A DNA stretch of 64,000 bases from Lama glama (taxonomy: Eukaryota), in contig CM052816.1 of assembly GCA_028534125.1 (NCBI GenBank), positions 32,986,001 through 33,050,000 on the forward strand, read 5' to 3'. The translations under genes and the position numbers were made by a program. A model generated the notes under the pieces. The model did not search any database and was not told where the DNA came from. It saw nothing but the letters and a program-made list of their open reading frames with translations. Shown one piece after another: positions 1-11,575 of the stretch; the stretch's first letter is position 1; each line of letters begins with the position of its first letter.

Positions 1-1299
1 TTGCTTTACCAAACTATCTGGGGAAAACATGGGTCCTTTCTGCTACCTGGCAGTTGACCTAAACAATTACGTTAAAAACGTGTAGTGCAGAGAAGCTGAA
101 CCTGCCAACGCATGTCCCTGCTGTGAGTTCCCAGGGTGTCCTTTGTGTTCACCCTTCCCAACCGCTTGACATGTACTACTGTAACAACCTGTTTACTTGC
201 CTGTCTCCCAAACATCCTTCAGGCCAGTGACTGTGTCCTAGTCATCCTGCATCCCCTCTGCTTGGCCCAGAGGAGCTGACCAACCGTGCGGACGGAATGA
301 GTTGATGAATGAACAAAGAGCAAAGCGCTTCCCTTTCTAGACTCTACTTGGCCTAAATTTAACTCACTTCTTTAAGTGTGAGGAAATGAGTGGTTCTATT
401 ACAGAGCATGCAGAAATAAACAATTATCTCATTTAATAATGAGCTGGGACCAATAACAAAAATTGCCTGCCTGTTGTTCCTTAGTTACTGCTCTGCCAAG
501 TAGCACGATCTGTTAACTGACATTAAAGATCTAGTTTCATTAAATCTTGAACAAGGCTCAGAAAACCTCCTGAGAGCACTCTGTTTAATTACAGGCAGGG
601 GGCAAGCACCAATCCTATCGATCTGGTCAGTTCAAATTCTACACAACGAATGTGGGTGATAAAAGAAGTGGCCTCAACTGCTTTACAGGCAACTCTGATG
701 AACTGTGGATTCAGAGTTGCTATAAAGACAGCAAAGGCAAACCAGCCATGTTATCACGTGGTACCGTGGGATGAAACTGTACCTCAGTCCCTGCATAGAA
801 CTACATATCGTCAAGAACAGAGGACAACCAACCACAAAAGACATATTTCTCCTCAGGGAAATAAAATATGTTGGGTGGTGGTAGGTGGAAGTCATCCAGA
901 ACTTGAAAGTCTAGTACGCTGGCAACTAAAGACATCTAGCAAATTCTGATACCCACAACTGTCTTGGAAAAGAGAAATAAACCCAATTCGTGGGGATGTG
1001 TACAAATTCCTGAGGACATTGCCAACTGAGGAAGAGACACAAGCTCCTTTATAAGTTCCTTAAGTTCCTTCATATAAAATCATACTAACTGCAAAACTTG
1101 AGATGTAATAAACGTGATCAGAAGAAAGGTTCTGAGTACAATGTGTGTGTGTGTGTATTTCATGTCCATCTCAGAGTTCTTCAAATATCTTAAAAGATTC
1201 TTAAGGGAAAAAAAGATAATGTGGTGTTACTCTTTCCAGAGCACTAAAGAGAGAACTCTAGATTTTACCCCCAAGAACTACTGATACTGTTTGAGCATT

Positions 1300-1480
1300 T
1301 ACTACATTCCAGGCATTGGTGAAGTGCTTCGATAATTCATGAGGATTACCTAACTTTCCTGCACTGGGCACTATTATTACCCCCACTTCATGGTGGAGGA
1401 AACTGAGGAGCAGAGATGTTAGGTAACTTGCCAAAGACTCATGGTGACTTGTTACATCAGGCTGTGACACCAGGTGATCA
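1300..1480. mobile_element. MIR SINE relic
   Basis: MIR core-like text 'gaggaaactgaggagcagagatgttaggtaacttgccaaagactcatgg'. Boundaries approximate. Confidence 0.7.
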
Positions 1481-2523
1481 CAGAGCCCAGGTACCTGGTG
1501 TGGTACCATCACACTTGCTGTTCTAAATACTAACCTCCACCGTTGGAGAAAATACTAGAAAAAGAGGAATTTGGTTTTTTATCCTTTCCTAGTCACACTC
1601 AAGGGCTGTCTTGTGCTATAGTAACTCAAGTTAGAGGAGGAAATTTATTCTAAATCACAATATGTAATTAGGCCTAAGACCAACATTTCCTTCACAAAAC
1701 ACGCACCATCAGAATGCCGCACGCCAAGAGCAAGCGCACCTAATTAGGGCATTAGTCATAATGATCGGGGAGTGTAACCCAGGAAATTACAGGTGGTGTG
1801 GGCCTTAGCACTAAGTCAATTTCCCCAGCTTGCCCAGATAGAGTCTTTGCTGACTGCAATGATTTACACTTGCTGTTGAAAGGACAGCGACACAGCTGGG
1901 TACTGAAAATAAGCTTATGCACGAGTTCAGATAAAATGACATTCAGATATGAGAGTTAGGAATGCTGGCATTAGCCACAAATGAGGAAAAGAGTTGATAA
2001 CATTCAAAAATAGTAACTTCTTCCATATTCATACATAATGGCAACTCTGAAAACAGCATGTGGATGAAAGCAGGATGATGTCCACAGGCTGACCTTATTG
2101 AAGAGCAAGTTAAAGAGTGATGGTGAGTAACTAGATGTATTCTTGCTCCTCTGTCTGTGTGCAAAGCTACCAGTCAGTGCACAACTAGAAAGCAAGCTTC
2201 TAATATTGCCAAGACAGAGAAGGAGACTTAGGTCGGTCCGGTAATTCAAAGCAAGGTTCAGTGGGAACTGATCCTGATGGAAGAATTCATTGCTTCACCT
2301 CCTGTCCAATCACAGATCAAATTCACAGCCAAACAAAGGGGTACTTGTGGGTTCCTGAGAAAAAAACACCCTCTTTGGACAAGTGAGTGCTTTAACAATT
2401 CAGCCAAATGTTTCTGTCCTGAAACATCAGCTCCTTTAGTAATGGATGTATTTCCCAAACAAAGTGGTTCTCAGACCTGTTCAGGCTGCAGAGCCATTTA
2501 GTAGGCTGGGGTGACTACCAGGA

Positions 2524-2526
<3 letters not shown>

Positions 2527-2562
<36 letters not shown>
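2527..2562. repeat. (CA)n microsatellite
   Basis: Uninterrupted CA run seen directly. Confidence 0.95.
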
Positions 2563-2564
<2 letters not shown>

Positions 2565-2999
2565 TTATTACCTTTAATCTCTGTACTAGAGAAGATGACA
2601 TTTCATACTAGATCCAGTATGGTTATGTGAGAAAGGGTCTATAAATTGAAAAGAAAACTTACAGAAGAAACTGCAAAGGGGAAAATTCCATATATTTTTG
2701 CAAATTATAAAAGTTATTAGCCTACCTTAGAAGAACATTCTAATTGAGCTCGGGGAAGACGTGTGCACCAGGGGAATGGCTGAGAATCACTACACGGTAG
2801 AATTTGTACCATCCACTTAGATTTGTGATTGCAGAGAAGAGTGTTTTTAAACCTCAGCACTTTCAGACTACTGTCAAGAATGATTTCATAACCAGAAAGG
2901 AATGGTGATTCGTAAGACCAAAAATGCCACCAAATTCTCGGGGTCACCCTCGGCCCCACCCCCAGGGACAGGTCTGGCCGTGGGAATGGGCGCACTCAC

Positions 3000-3206
3000 C
3001 CTCCTCCGCAGGCGGTCCCGCTCCTCCCGGATGGCGTTCATGGTGGCCTTGGTCCTGTTCAGCTCCTCCTCTTTGCTGCATAGCATGGCAGTCAGGCTCT
3101 CGTTCTCTTCCCTCAGCCCGGCCAGCTCCTTCTCCCATCGAGACCGCTCTTCTGCCAGGTTGGGATACAGGTCCCGGCCAAGGACCCCCTCAATTTCTTC
3201 CACTGT
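3000..3206 (-). CDS. MCC: MCC internal coding exon (207 nt, phase 0/0): TVEEIEGVLGRDLYPNLAEERSRWEKELAGLREENESLTAMLCSKEEELNRTKATMNAIREERDRLRRR
   Basis: Lies within ORF 2886..3338(-). Acceptor GTGTTTTCCAG, donor AGG|GTGAGT. Heptad-rich peptide. Confidence 0.97.
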
Positions 3207-5038
3207 CTGGAAAACACAGCCACAAAGACAAGCCAAGTGAGTTCCCTGCGGGAAAGGGGAGGGGGAGAAAACAGGCTGGATGGGGGTGAGTGTCCACAGA
3301 GGGGTGGGTTCTACAGACATTTCACTGTGTAAAGTCATCGTAACCAGTGATATCCCCCAATCATCCTCTCCCCATTTTCAGATGAGGCTCTGTCACTTGC
3401 CTGGGTCATAGTCTGTATTACCCAGCAGTCCTCTGAGTAAGAAAAACACAACCCCTTCCTGGTATTTAAGTCCCCCTGTAGTGCTAACTGCCTGTCCACA
3501 CAGGTATTTATCTTCTTCATTCACCCACATTCCAGAGTTGGTGAATACATATAACCAGACAGCAAGTCAGTCAGTGATCCTGATAAAGCAAATTCAAAGC
3601 TGCAAACTGCATACAAAATCTAAACTGAAGTTTCCTAAATTACAGGCTTCCCATGTTCCAAACCAGCACTATGAGAAGTCTCTGCATTATTTCCAGCTTT
3701 TGGTGTCACATCAGAATCAGAAGGTGTGAATGAGGTTCAGTCTCAAGATATGAAAGACAGAAATAAACCTCAGTGGCACAGAAAAGAGGAAGCTCATTGC
3801 GGAGGTTTCTAAAACAGTGGGGATTTAATTAATGAGACAGCTAGGAGCTTAAAAAGGACAGAATCTTCATAGTACTAGGAGAGCTTTTAAAAAATTCATT
3901 TAAAACACCAGTATTAATAGACAGAACATGCATAAAATTTGAAAAAAAAGGAAGTACACACTCTGGTTGCTTTCAGAAGCTTCACTCACAATAACTGCCC
4001 TTTGGAAAAGGATGCACAAGCCAACTGATTTGGAAAGAGGAGGTGGAGAAGGGGGAGAAGGCAGTGGAGAGATGAGATGTGAAACAGGTCTCAAAGACGA
4101 GTGATGGTGATACAAGGCTGTGTCGCTCCTGATGCTCATGTGGGTTCCCTGACGAAGAACCCCCGGGATGAAGCTCACATGGGTTCCAGTCTTGCTGCCA
4201 CTTTCCACATGTGATGCTTTGTCCTACCTCTCAAATCGGAGACTCATACCCTACTCAGCCCTGCTCCGGGGCCCGCTCTGTCCCAAGCTGGTTGGCAGAA
4301 GCCCTTGGCTTCCTCCCTCCCTTTCAGTGTTAAGGCTGGGGCTAGAAGCCAGCCAAGTTGACATTACAATCAAATGCAGGGCCTGGAGCCTCCAGAGGAA
4401 GAAACACTAGTGGTTGCTCCCCAAACCACATCAACTATACATTTATAGTTGTGATGAATAAAGATGGAAAACCAGATGTATTATAGACATGAATCATGGT
4501 TTACCTCAAGATACCACAGCTCTTGTGTGAAAAAATCCAGGATTCCTGGATTGGGCTCAGAGTCCTCAGACATTTTTTAAATAACACATCACATTTTCCC
4601 TTCACATAGGCTCCTCCCAGACTTTTCAGGTTGAATTGCTAGGCCTGGGTCACTAAGCTCTGGTGAAGCGATATAGAGATACCAGAGGCCCGTAGCAACA
4701 CGACTTGATGTTCCCATTGTTCAGGATGTTTGTGCAGATGCAGCAAATTCTTTTCACCTGGTCCTTCCTAAGCAGGAAGATGTGTGCATGTGAAAGGCGT
4801 GACTGAGGCCCAGTCCAGTGTGCTCAGGAGAGAGCAGTCATTCAGGCCCCGAGCCTCCCCCTTGTTAGCATCACGAACTGGTAACTCCTAAAACAACATT
4901 CTAGGGGCCTGGAGGCTTTAATAAAATTTCTATGTTAATCTTACAACCCCAGAGTGCTATATGATGAACCACACTAAAATGCTGTGGTTCAACACTAGAA
5001 GTCTAACAGTTTCCAAGGAACTAGCAGCAAAGCTAGTC

Positions 5039-5338
5039 TTTTTTTTTTTTTTTAAATTGAGGTAGAATCGATTTACAATTGCTGTGTTACTCACTGATGT
5101 GCAGCATAGTGATTCAGGTATATGTATACATATGTATGTATTCCTTTTCATATTCTTGTTCATTATAAGCTATTACAAGGTATTGACTATTTTGAATCCC
5201 CGTGCTATACAGTAGGACCTTGTTGTTTATCTATTTTATATATAGTAGTGAGTATCTGCAAATCCCAAACTCCCAGTTTATCCCTCCCCAGCCCCTCTCC
5301 CGCACTGGTAACCATAAATTTGTTTTCTATGTCTGCAA
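5039..5338 (-). mobile_element. Short L1 3'-end stub (artiodactyl-type) with poly-A tail
   Basis: Poly-T followed by 'gatttacaat...cagcatagtgattcag...ccgtgctatacagtaggaccttgttg'. The same sequence recurs near 9964, 49245 and 57930. Confidence 0.8.
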
Positions 5339-5560
5339 TCTTGACTGTTGATATTATGACTTCTTTGTGATCCAACCCAATAAAATTTTTCGGGGCTCCT
5401 GCTTCTCCCCAGCGGCCCTCTCTCTAAAATGGCTTTCTTAGAAACACTCATTCCCTAACAGGTTTTTTGAGGAAAATCATACTTCAGAAGAGAGGGATCT
5501 GATCATGTCCCTCATATGGTCTGCAAGAGCCAGGACAGAGAGGCTGGGGTGGGTGACTAC

Positions 5561-5724
5561 CTTAATAGCCAGGTCACAGTGCTCGCTGGCTGTGGTGAGC
5601 TGCTCGATGTGCCTGTCCACCTCGGCCACAGAGAGGCTGCAGCTGCTCTTCTTCCGGCAGCAGACGACGTTCTCCAGCCCGGTCAGCACCCTCTGCAGTT
5701 CCGAGTTCAGGTCACTGCAGTTAT
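5561..5724 (-). CDS. MCC: MCC internal coding exon (164 nt, phase 1/0): (D)NCSDLNSELQRVLTGLENVVCCRKKSSCSLSVAEVDRHIEQLTTASEHCDLAIK
   Basis: Lies within ORF 5477..5788(-). Acceptor CCTTCTTCGCAG, donor AAG|GTAGTC. Confidence 0.97.
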
Positions 5725-6949
5725 CTGCGAAGAAGGTGCACAAAGCGAGGTCAGCAGGCAGTCGGGCAATGGTCCCTCTCTGTTTCACTGACTATGAGGA
5801 ACCCATTCAGGTATAAAGGACAGCAAGGGGGCCTGACATTTCAGAGCTGAACGCCACGCAGCCTCATCTCACAGGCTGCTGGCCCCACTTCCAAGCCTGG
5901 AGCCAATGCACAGGCTTTATTAAGGAGTTTCAGACCATGACCATTTTCTAGATGGCCACACCACGCTGAATTCTCTCGTCTTTCACTCAAAGTCCTTCAC
6001 TCAATGGCAGCCACGTCTCGAGTTTCTTTAGTAAGAACAAAGGGACTGCTGGGACCTCAGGTGCCTTCTGGTCAACCTTCCTGCTTAGCTATTTACGTTA
6101 AGTACCAATTCAAGAAAGACTTTCAGTTAAAAAGATATCATAACTTTACTAAACAAGTATTTTTTTTACTAAAAAGTCCCAGAGTGAGCAGAGACACTAG
6201 GTATTTTAAAAAATAGAAACTGTTTTATAAGAGACAGTCTTTGCTCTCAGTGAGCTTATAATCAAGGCTTTCCTTTTTCTGATGTAACCATTCAACCTGC
6301 TCTACCATTGCAATTTATACAACTTCTATCAGGGGGAAAATGAACTGTCCTAACAAATTCCATACTGTTCTCCATGTAAGTGTCTTGTAAGCAATTTTAA
6401 TAATTTGATTCTGACTTAAAAATCTGGATTATTTTTAATTGCTGGACACCCAGGGTGTGGTCAGGGAAGGAAAATTAATCATAATCTTAATGCAAACTAG
6501 ACCTATCTTAAAAGATAATTTTGTTGGGGGAAAACATCCCCTTCAAAGTCAAATACAAATATCTGAATCTATGTTGGATTCGGTGTATCACTATGCCACT
6601 GAATTCTTGCAGCAAAACAGATGTTAACTATAACAATTTATCAAAGTACACCTTTCCTTTACATCCAGCCTGATTTCTGCATGAAGGAAGCTTCATGTCT
6701 TCACACTTCCCTCCCCTCCCATTCTCAGCACAGGTTCCATGCACTAAAATGGTCAACTGCCTTTGGCGCTTACCTGTGGAAGACTTCAAGGAAACTCTCA
6801 GCATTATAGATCTCTCAGAATCTTTTGTTCAGCTTTGACTGTGTGTATCTACAAGTTACCTAAATCTAGACAGAAGGTAAATCTGAAGCTTCCACTCCAA
6901 TGAGTGAACACAGTTATTCCCCCTCCTCCCCGACCTGTTCTCCTCATCT

Positions 6950-7900
6950 CTCCCATGTCTGTGACTAGCAGTACCAGCCATCCAGTTACCCTGGTTAACT
7001 CTTAGGCAACCTTGATTTCCTTTTGCCTCACATCCTAAACCCAGTCCATCTGGTGACTGCAGCCTCCAAAACATATCCCCAAACGGCCCTCTTCTAACCA
7101 TCTCTACTGATAGCAGCGTTGGTCCAAGCCACCATCATTTCTTAGCTGAACTACCTCAACAACCTCCTACCTCCAGTCCCCACACTGCAGCCAAAGTGAG
7201 TCTCTTAAGGACCTAAGTCAGATCATGCTACTCCCCAGCCCAAACTAGTATATGGCTTCCCACTGTCTTTCAATAAAAGTCTAAACTCCTTACCACAGTC
7301 TGTAAGACTCTGCATGATCAACACTGTTGATGTGCTCAACCCAGGCTGTACTATGGAACTCCCTGGGGAGCGTTCATAAAACACCAACATCCAGGCCCCA
7401 CCCAGGCCAATTAAATCACAATCTCTAGAGGTGGAGCTTTGGCACCAGAAGATGTTTTTTAGGTTCCTCGGATAATTCTAACGTGTAGTCAAAGTGGGAA
7501 CCACTGATCTGTCTGGTCCTTGCCTCATCCATTCACCTCCCCCTTCATCACTATGCTTTGTTCACACTCCTGCCTTCTCTCCATCCCTGGAAGATGCCAA
7601 CCTCCTGTTTGCCCCAGGGCTCCCTTTTCCTTTGTTGTTTCCTCTGCTGAGACTCATTTCCACCCACATTTGCTCTTACATTCAGCTCTCAGCTCAAGTG
7701 CCACCTCCTCACCAAGCTCTTGCCCCTGCTTCGTCCCTGTCCTGTTATCCCGTCTCCTCCATGGCAATTTTCACTATCTGATCTGACTTACACGTTTGTT
7801 ATCTCTCCTCTACTAAAATATAAGCTTCATGGAAGAAGGGACCTTGATCTTCCTCCTCATTGTATCTCCAACACAGATAGGCCATCAAAAGTTATTTTCT
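6950..7900 (+). mobile_element. L2 LINE relic interrupted by a MER5-like element
   Basis: Typical L2 3' text ('ggtccaagccaccatcatttct', 'aagtcagatcatgctactcc', 'aaaatataagcttcatggaagaaggga'). Boundaries approximate. Confidence 0.7.
7330..7510. mobile_element. MER5-like hAT-Charlie DNA transposon relic
   Basis: 'caggccccacccaggccaattaaatcacaatctct...gataattctaacgtgtagtcaaagtgggaaccactg' resembles the MER5 consensus. Confidence 0.7.
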
Positions 7901-9262
7901 AAATGAGCCAATATAAACACCACATCATTATATATTTAAGAGCCAGCAAGACGAGAAACACAGACTGTCAACAGCAGCATGTTTTACATCCACCTTATGC
8001 TTTTTGTCTTCATCATGGTTCATGCCCTGAGCCGCTGACAGAGGTGGGACAATCCCCACTGCAGAAGCCCCCTCTGGAGGTGGAGGGCAGGTGCCCACCA
8101 CCCACTTAAGACAAGAAGTCCAAAGCCAGGAGCGGCACTCCTTAACGACCACATATGCTGGTGGAACAATCTCCAGAACACACTTAATTCCAGGGTAACA
8201 ACTGGAGACGGTTCTCCAAATGATGGTTTACCTTGAGGTGCAGGGATTCCTGGTACCCTAAGCTGAGTTTAACACACAGTCTTGAATTATTTGCATTATT
8301 AAGTGTTCATGAGTGGGATGAGGAAGAAAGATGCCTCTATTCAACCGTTTGTAAGGATTTCCCTAGCACAGTCCCACCTGATCACCCTGGACGTGTCTAA
8401 GGATGGGTCCTCACAGCAGGGCTTGAGAGGTGCCACCAGGCTGTGTCCTGGGGATGGTGGGCTCCAGGGAGCAGGAGGCAAGTGCAGGGATCTGATCACT
8501 ATTTCTTTCTCATTCTTTAATCAGTTGCTGCGCCCTGGCCTCAGGCTAGAAGCAGGGTACAAAGATGAACACAGTGGCTCATAAATGTACGTGGCAAAAG
8601 CCATGGTCCTCTCTCTCAGCTGTCCACCACCACCCTAGGGACAGGAACCACAGAGGACATGATGCAAGTACAGGCCAGAAAATCAGGAAGACTGACAAAG
8701 GAGCTTAAATTAACACAAAGACTGCAAACAGCTAGGGAGCATCTTCTGTTTACATCAAGGAGGGCTACCGAAGCCCAGTGTGTATCACACGGGCTGCATG
8801 ATGAATCCCACACACTCCTGCCTGTTATCCACAGAGCTTGGCACTGATTTCACATGAGCCCACTAGTGATCAGGTAATACTTGGCTGTCCCTTGTTAGGA
8901 GGACAAGGTGGCTAGGCTGGCAGGAGCAGATATTCTGGGTCCTGTCAGTGCTGTCACATAGCACCAGTCAACTCACCACCGCTCCCCCGACCAACACTGC
9001 TCGATATAGGCCAAGACGCTTATCTTTCAGTCTGTGGCACATTCTTCTAAATATAGACTTGGCAGAAATCCTCAATTCCTTCCCTTGGCCTACAACACCC
9101 TGTACAGTCTGGGCCCTGCCAGGCGGCAAAGCTTCATCACTGAAGGCCGAGGGAGTTGGAGGCTTCACAAAAAACCAGAAGTGTGAATTACGGGACCAGC
9201 AGAACCAGATATGCTCTGACAAGGGACCCAGGGTCCCAGAACAAACAAAAGGTGCCTCATTT

Positions 9263-10195
9263 ACAAATCAAAACCACAGTGAAGTACCACCTCACGCCTA
9301 CTAGGAGGGCCACTATATGAACAACAACAACGGAAAATAGCAGGTGTTGACATGGAAGCAGAGAAAGTGGGATCCTTGTGCAATGTTGGTGGGAAGAGTA
9401 AAATGGTGCAACTGCTTTGGAAAACAGTCCGGCGGTTCCTTAGAAATTAACAACAGAACTACCATGTGATCCAACACCTCCACTGCTGGGTACATATCCA
9501 GAAAGACTGAAAGCAGGGCCGCAGACATGTCCTTGTACATCATGTCCGTGACAGCCAATGATGGAAGTAACCCAGGTGTCCACTGGCAGATGAATGGATA
9601 AACAAAATGTGGCATATACATATAATGGAATATAACTCAGCCTTAAAAAGGAAGGACATTCTGACACAGGATACAACATGGATGAATCTTACAGAGATTA
9701 AGCTAAGTGAAATAAGCCAGTTACAAAAAGACAAATACTGTATGATTCTGCTTATATGAAGCACCTAAAATAGTCAAATTCATAGAAACAGAAAGTAGGA
9801 TGGTGATTACCGAAGGCTGGAGGGAGGGGGATGGGGGCAGATACTGTTTAATGGGTACAGAGTTTCCGTTTTGCAAGATCAAAGTTCTGGAGATCTGTTG
9901 CACAGCAATGTGAATATTCTAACAATATGGACTGTTATTAAGATGGTTAAGATGGTAAATTTTTTTATTGACGTATAGTTGATTTACAATGTTGTGTTAG
10001 TTCCTGGTGTACAGCATAGTGATTCAGGAATATAGATACTATATATATTCTTTTTCATAATAGTTATTACAAGCTATTGAATATAGTTCTGTGTGATACA
10101 CTGGGACCTTGTTGTTTATCTATTGTGTATGCAGTACTTTGCATCTGCTAATAAGATGGTGAATTTTATGTTATGTGTTTTCTACTCCAGCGAAA
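9263..10195 (+). mobile_element. 5'-truncated L1 (L1MB-like; end of ORF2 plus 3' UTR) with perfect 16-bp TSD
   Basis: L1 text 'caaatcaaaaccacagtgaagtaccacctcac', 'gatgaatggataaacaaaatgtgg'. AAAAGGTGCCTCATTT occurs at 9247-9262 and 10196-10211. Confidence 0.88.
9964..10151 (-). mobile_element. Younger L1 3' stub nested inside the older L1
   Basis: Same family as the 5039 stub. TSD TAAGATGGT(A/G)AATTTT at 9948-9963 and 10152-10167. Confidence 0.85.
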
Positions 10196-10589
10196 AAAAG
10201 GTGCCTCATTTTGGTGGTGATCCCAGTGACTTAGGATCTTGAGACAGGATCATAGCTCCTTTGGTTTGATCAGCACCTCTGACACTTCAGAAAGGGCTTT
10301 CACAGACATCATCAAGTTCCATCCCAGCAGACAGGCAGTAAGCCTTGCTCCACAAAGGAGGAGTCTGAGGCTCAAAGACATTTAGTGACTCACTCAAGGC
10401 TGCACAGTGGGTGGGCAGCAGGGCTGGAGCTATGGTGTTGGCCTTCTGTGCCCAGGGCTGTCTTCACCACGCTGCTGTAACCCGAAGCCAGGACTGCTGT
10501 GCGTACAAGCACAGGCCAGCTCACCCAGGCCCCTGTGCCTACCTACTCACAGCCACTGTGCCCCAAATAAGGCAACATAGGGACAGAAA

Positions 10590-11575
10590 TCACAGGTAAA
10601 GGAGGAATATTAACACTGAGTAGACTGAGAAATTAAGGGTGTATAATGTAATTCTCAGAACAACCACTAAAAACTAATGCTAGAGGCATAGTCAAAAACC
10701 AACAGATAACATAAAATTCTAGAAACTACTCAGTTAGGCCAAAAGAAGGAACAAAGGATGAAGAGAGGAACAAAAAATCAGAAGGGACAAACAGAAAATG
10801 GAATAATAACAAACTGAAAGACCCATAATCAATCTTATCATTAAATACACTAAATGTTAACAGACTCCCTAAAAAGAAGACGCTGTCAGCATGCATTAAA
10901 AACAAGACTGACAGAATTGTTAGGTTGTCAGTTATCAAAAACAACAATAAGAGAAAATAACAAGTGCTGACAAGAATATGAAGAGACTGTAACAAGTGCA
11001 CATAGCTGATAAGAGTGTAAAATGGTACAGCTGTCTTGGAGAACAGTTTGGTGAATCTTCGAAAAGTTAAACATAGAATTACCGTGTGACCCAGCAATTC
11101 CACTCCCAGGTATGTATCCCAAAGAACTGAAAGCAAGGACTCAAATAGATACTTGTGTGCCAATGTTCAGTGCAGCATTATTCACAACGGTCCAAAGATG
11201 GAAATAACCCAAGTATCTGTTGACGGATGAATGGATAAACAAAATATGGTATAAACGCACAATAGAATATTACTCAGCCTTAAAAAAGAACAGAATTCTG
11301 CTATTGCTACAACATGGATGACCCTTGAGAACATTAGGCCAAGTGAGATAAGTCAGTTACAAATGAATGAACACTGTATGATCCCATTTATACGAGATAC
11401 CTGGAGCAGGCAAATTTAGAGAGACAGAAAATGGAGTGGAGGTTACAGAGGCTGGGGGAATGGGGCAGGATTGTTTAATGAATACAGAGCCTCTAGGAGG
11501 ATAAGAAAGTTCTGGAAATGGACAGTGGTGATGGTTGCACAACTCTATGAATGTCCTTAGTGCTACTGCACGGCA
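10590..11575 (+). mobile_element. L1 relics (older A-rich fragment, then an L1MB-like 3' end from about 10925)
   Basis: 'gacccagcaattccactcccaggtatgtatcccaaagaactgaaagca', 'aacatggatgacccttgagaacatta'. Confidence 0.8.

Noticed and set aside
2902..3289. Plus-strand ORFs overlapping MCC exons (also 5505..5816, 20722..20961, 32060..32308)
   Set aside because: Antisense shadows of real coding exons, with no independent protein similarity or splice support.
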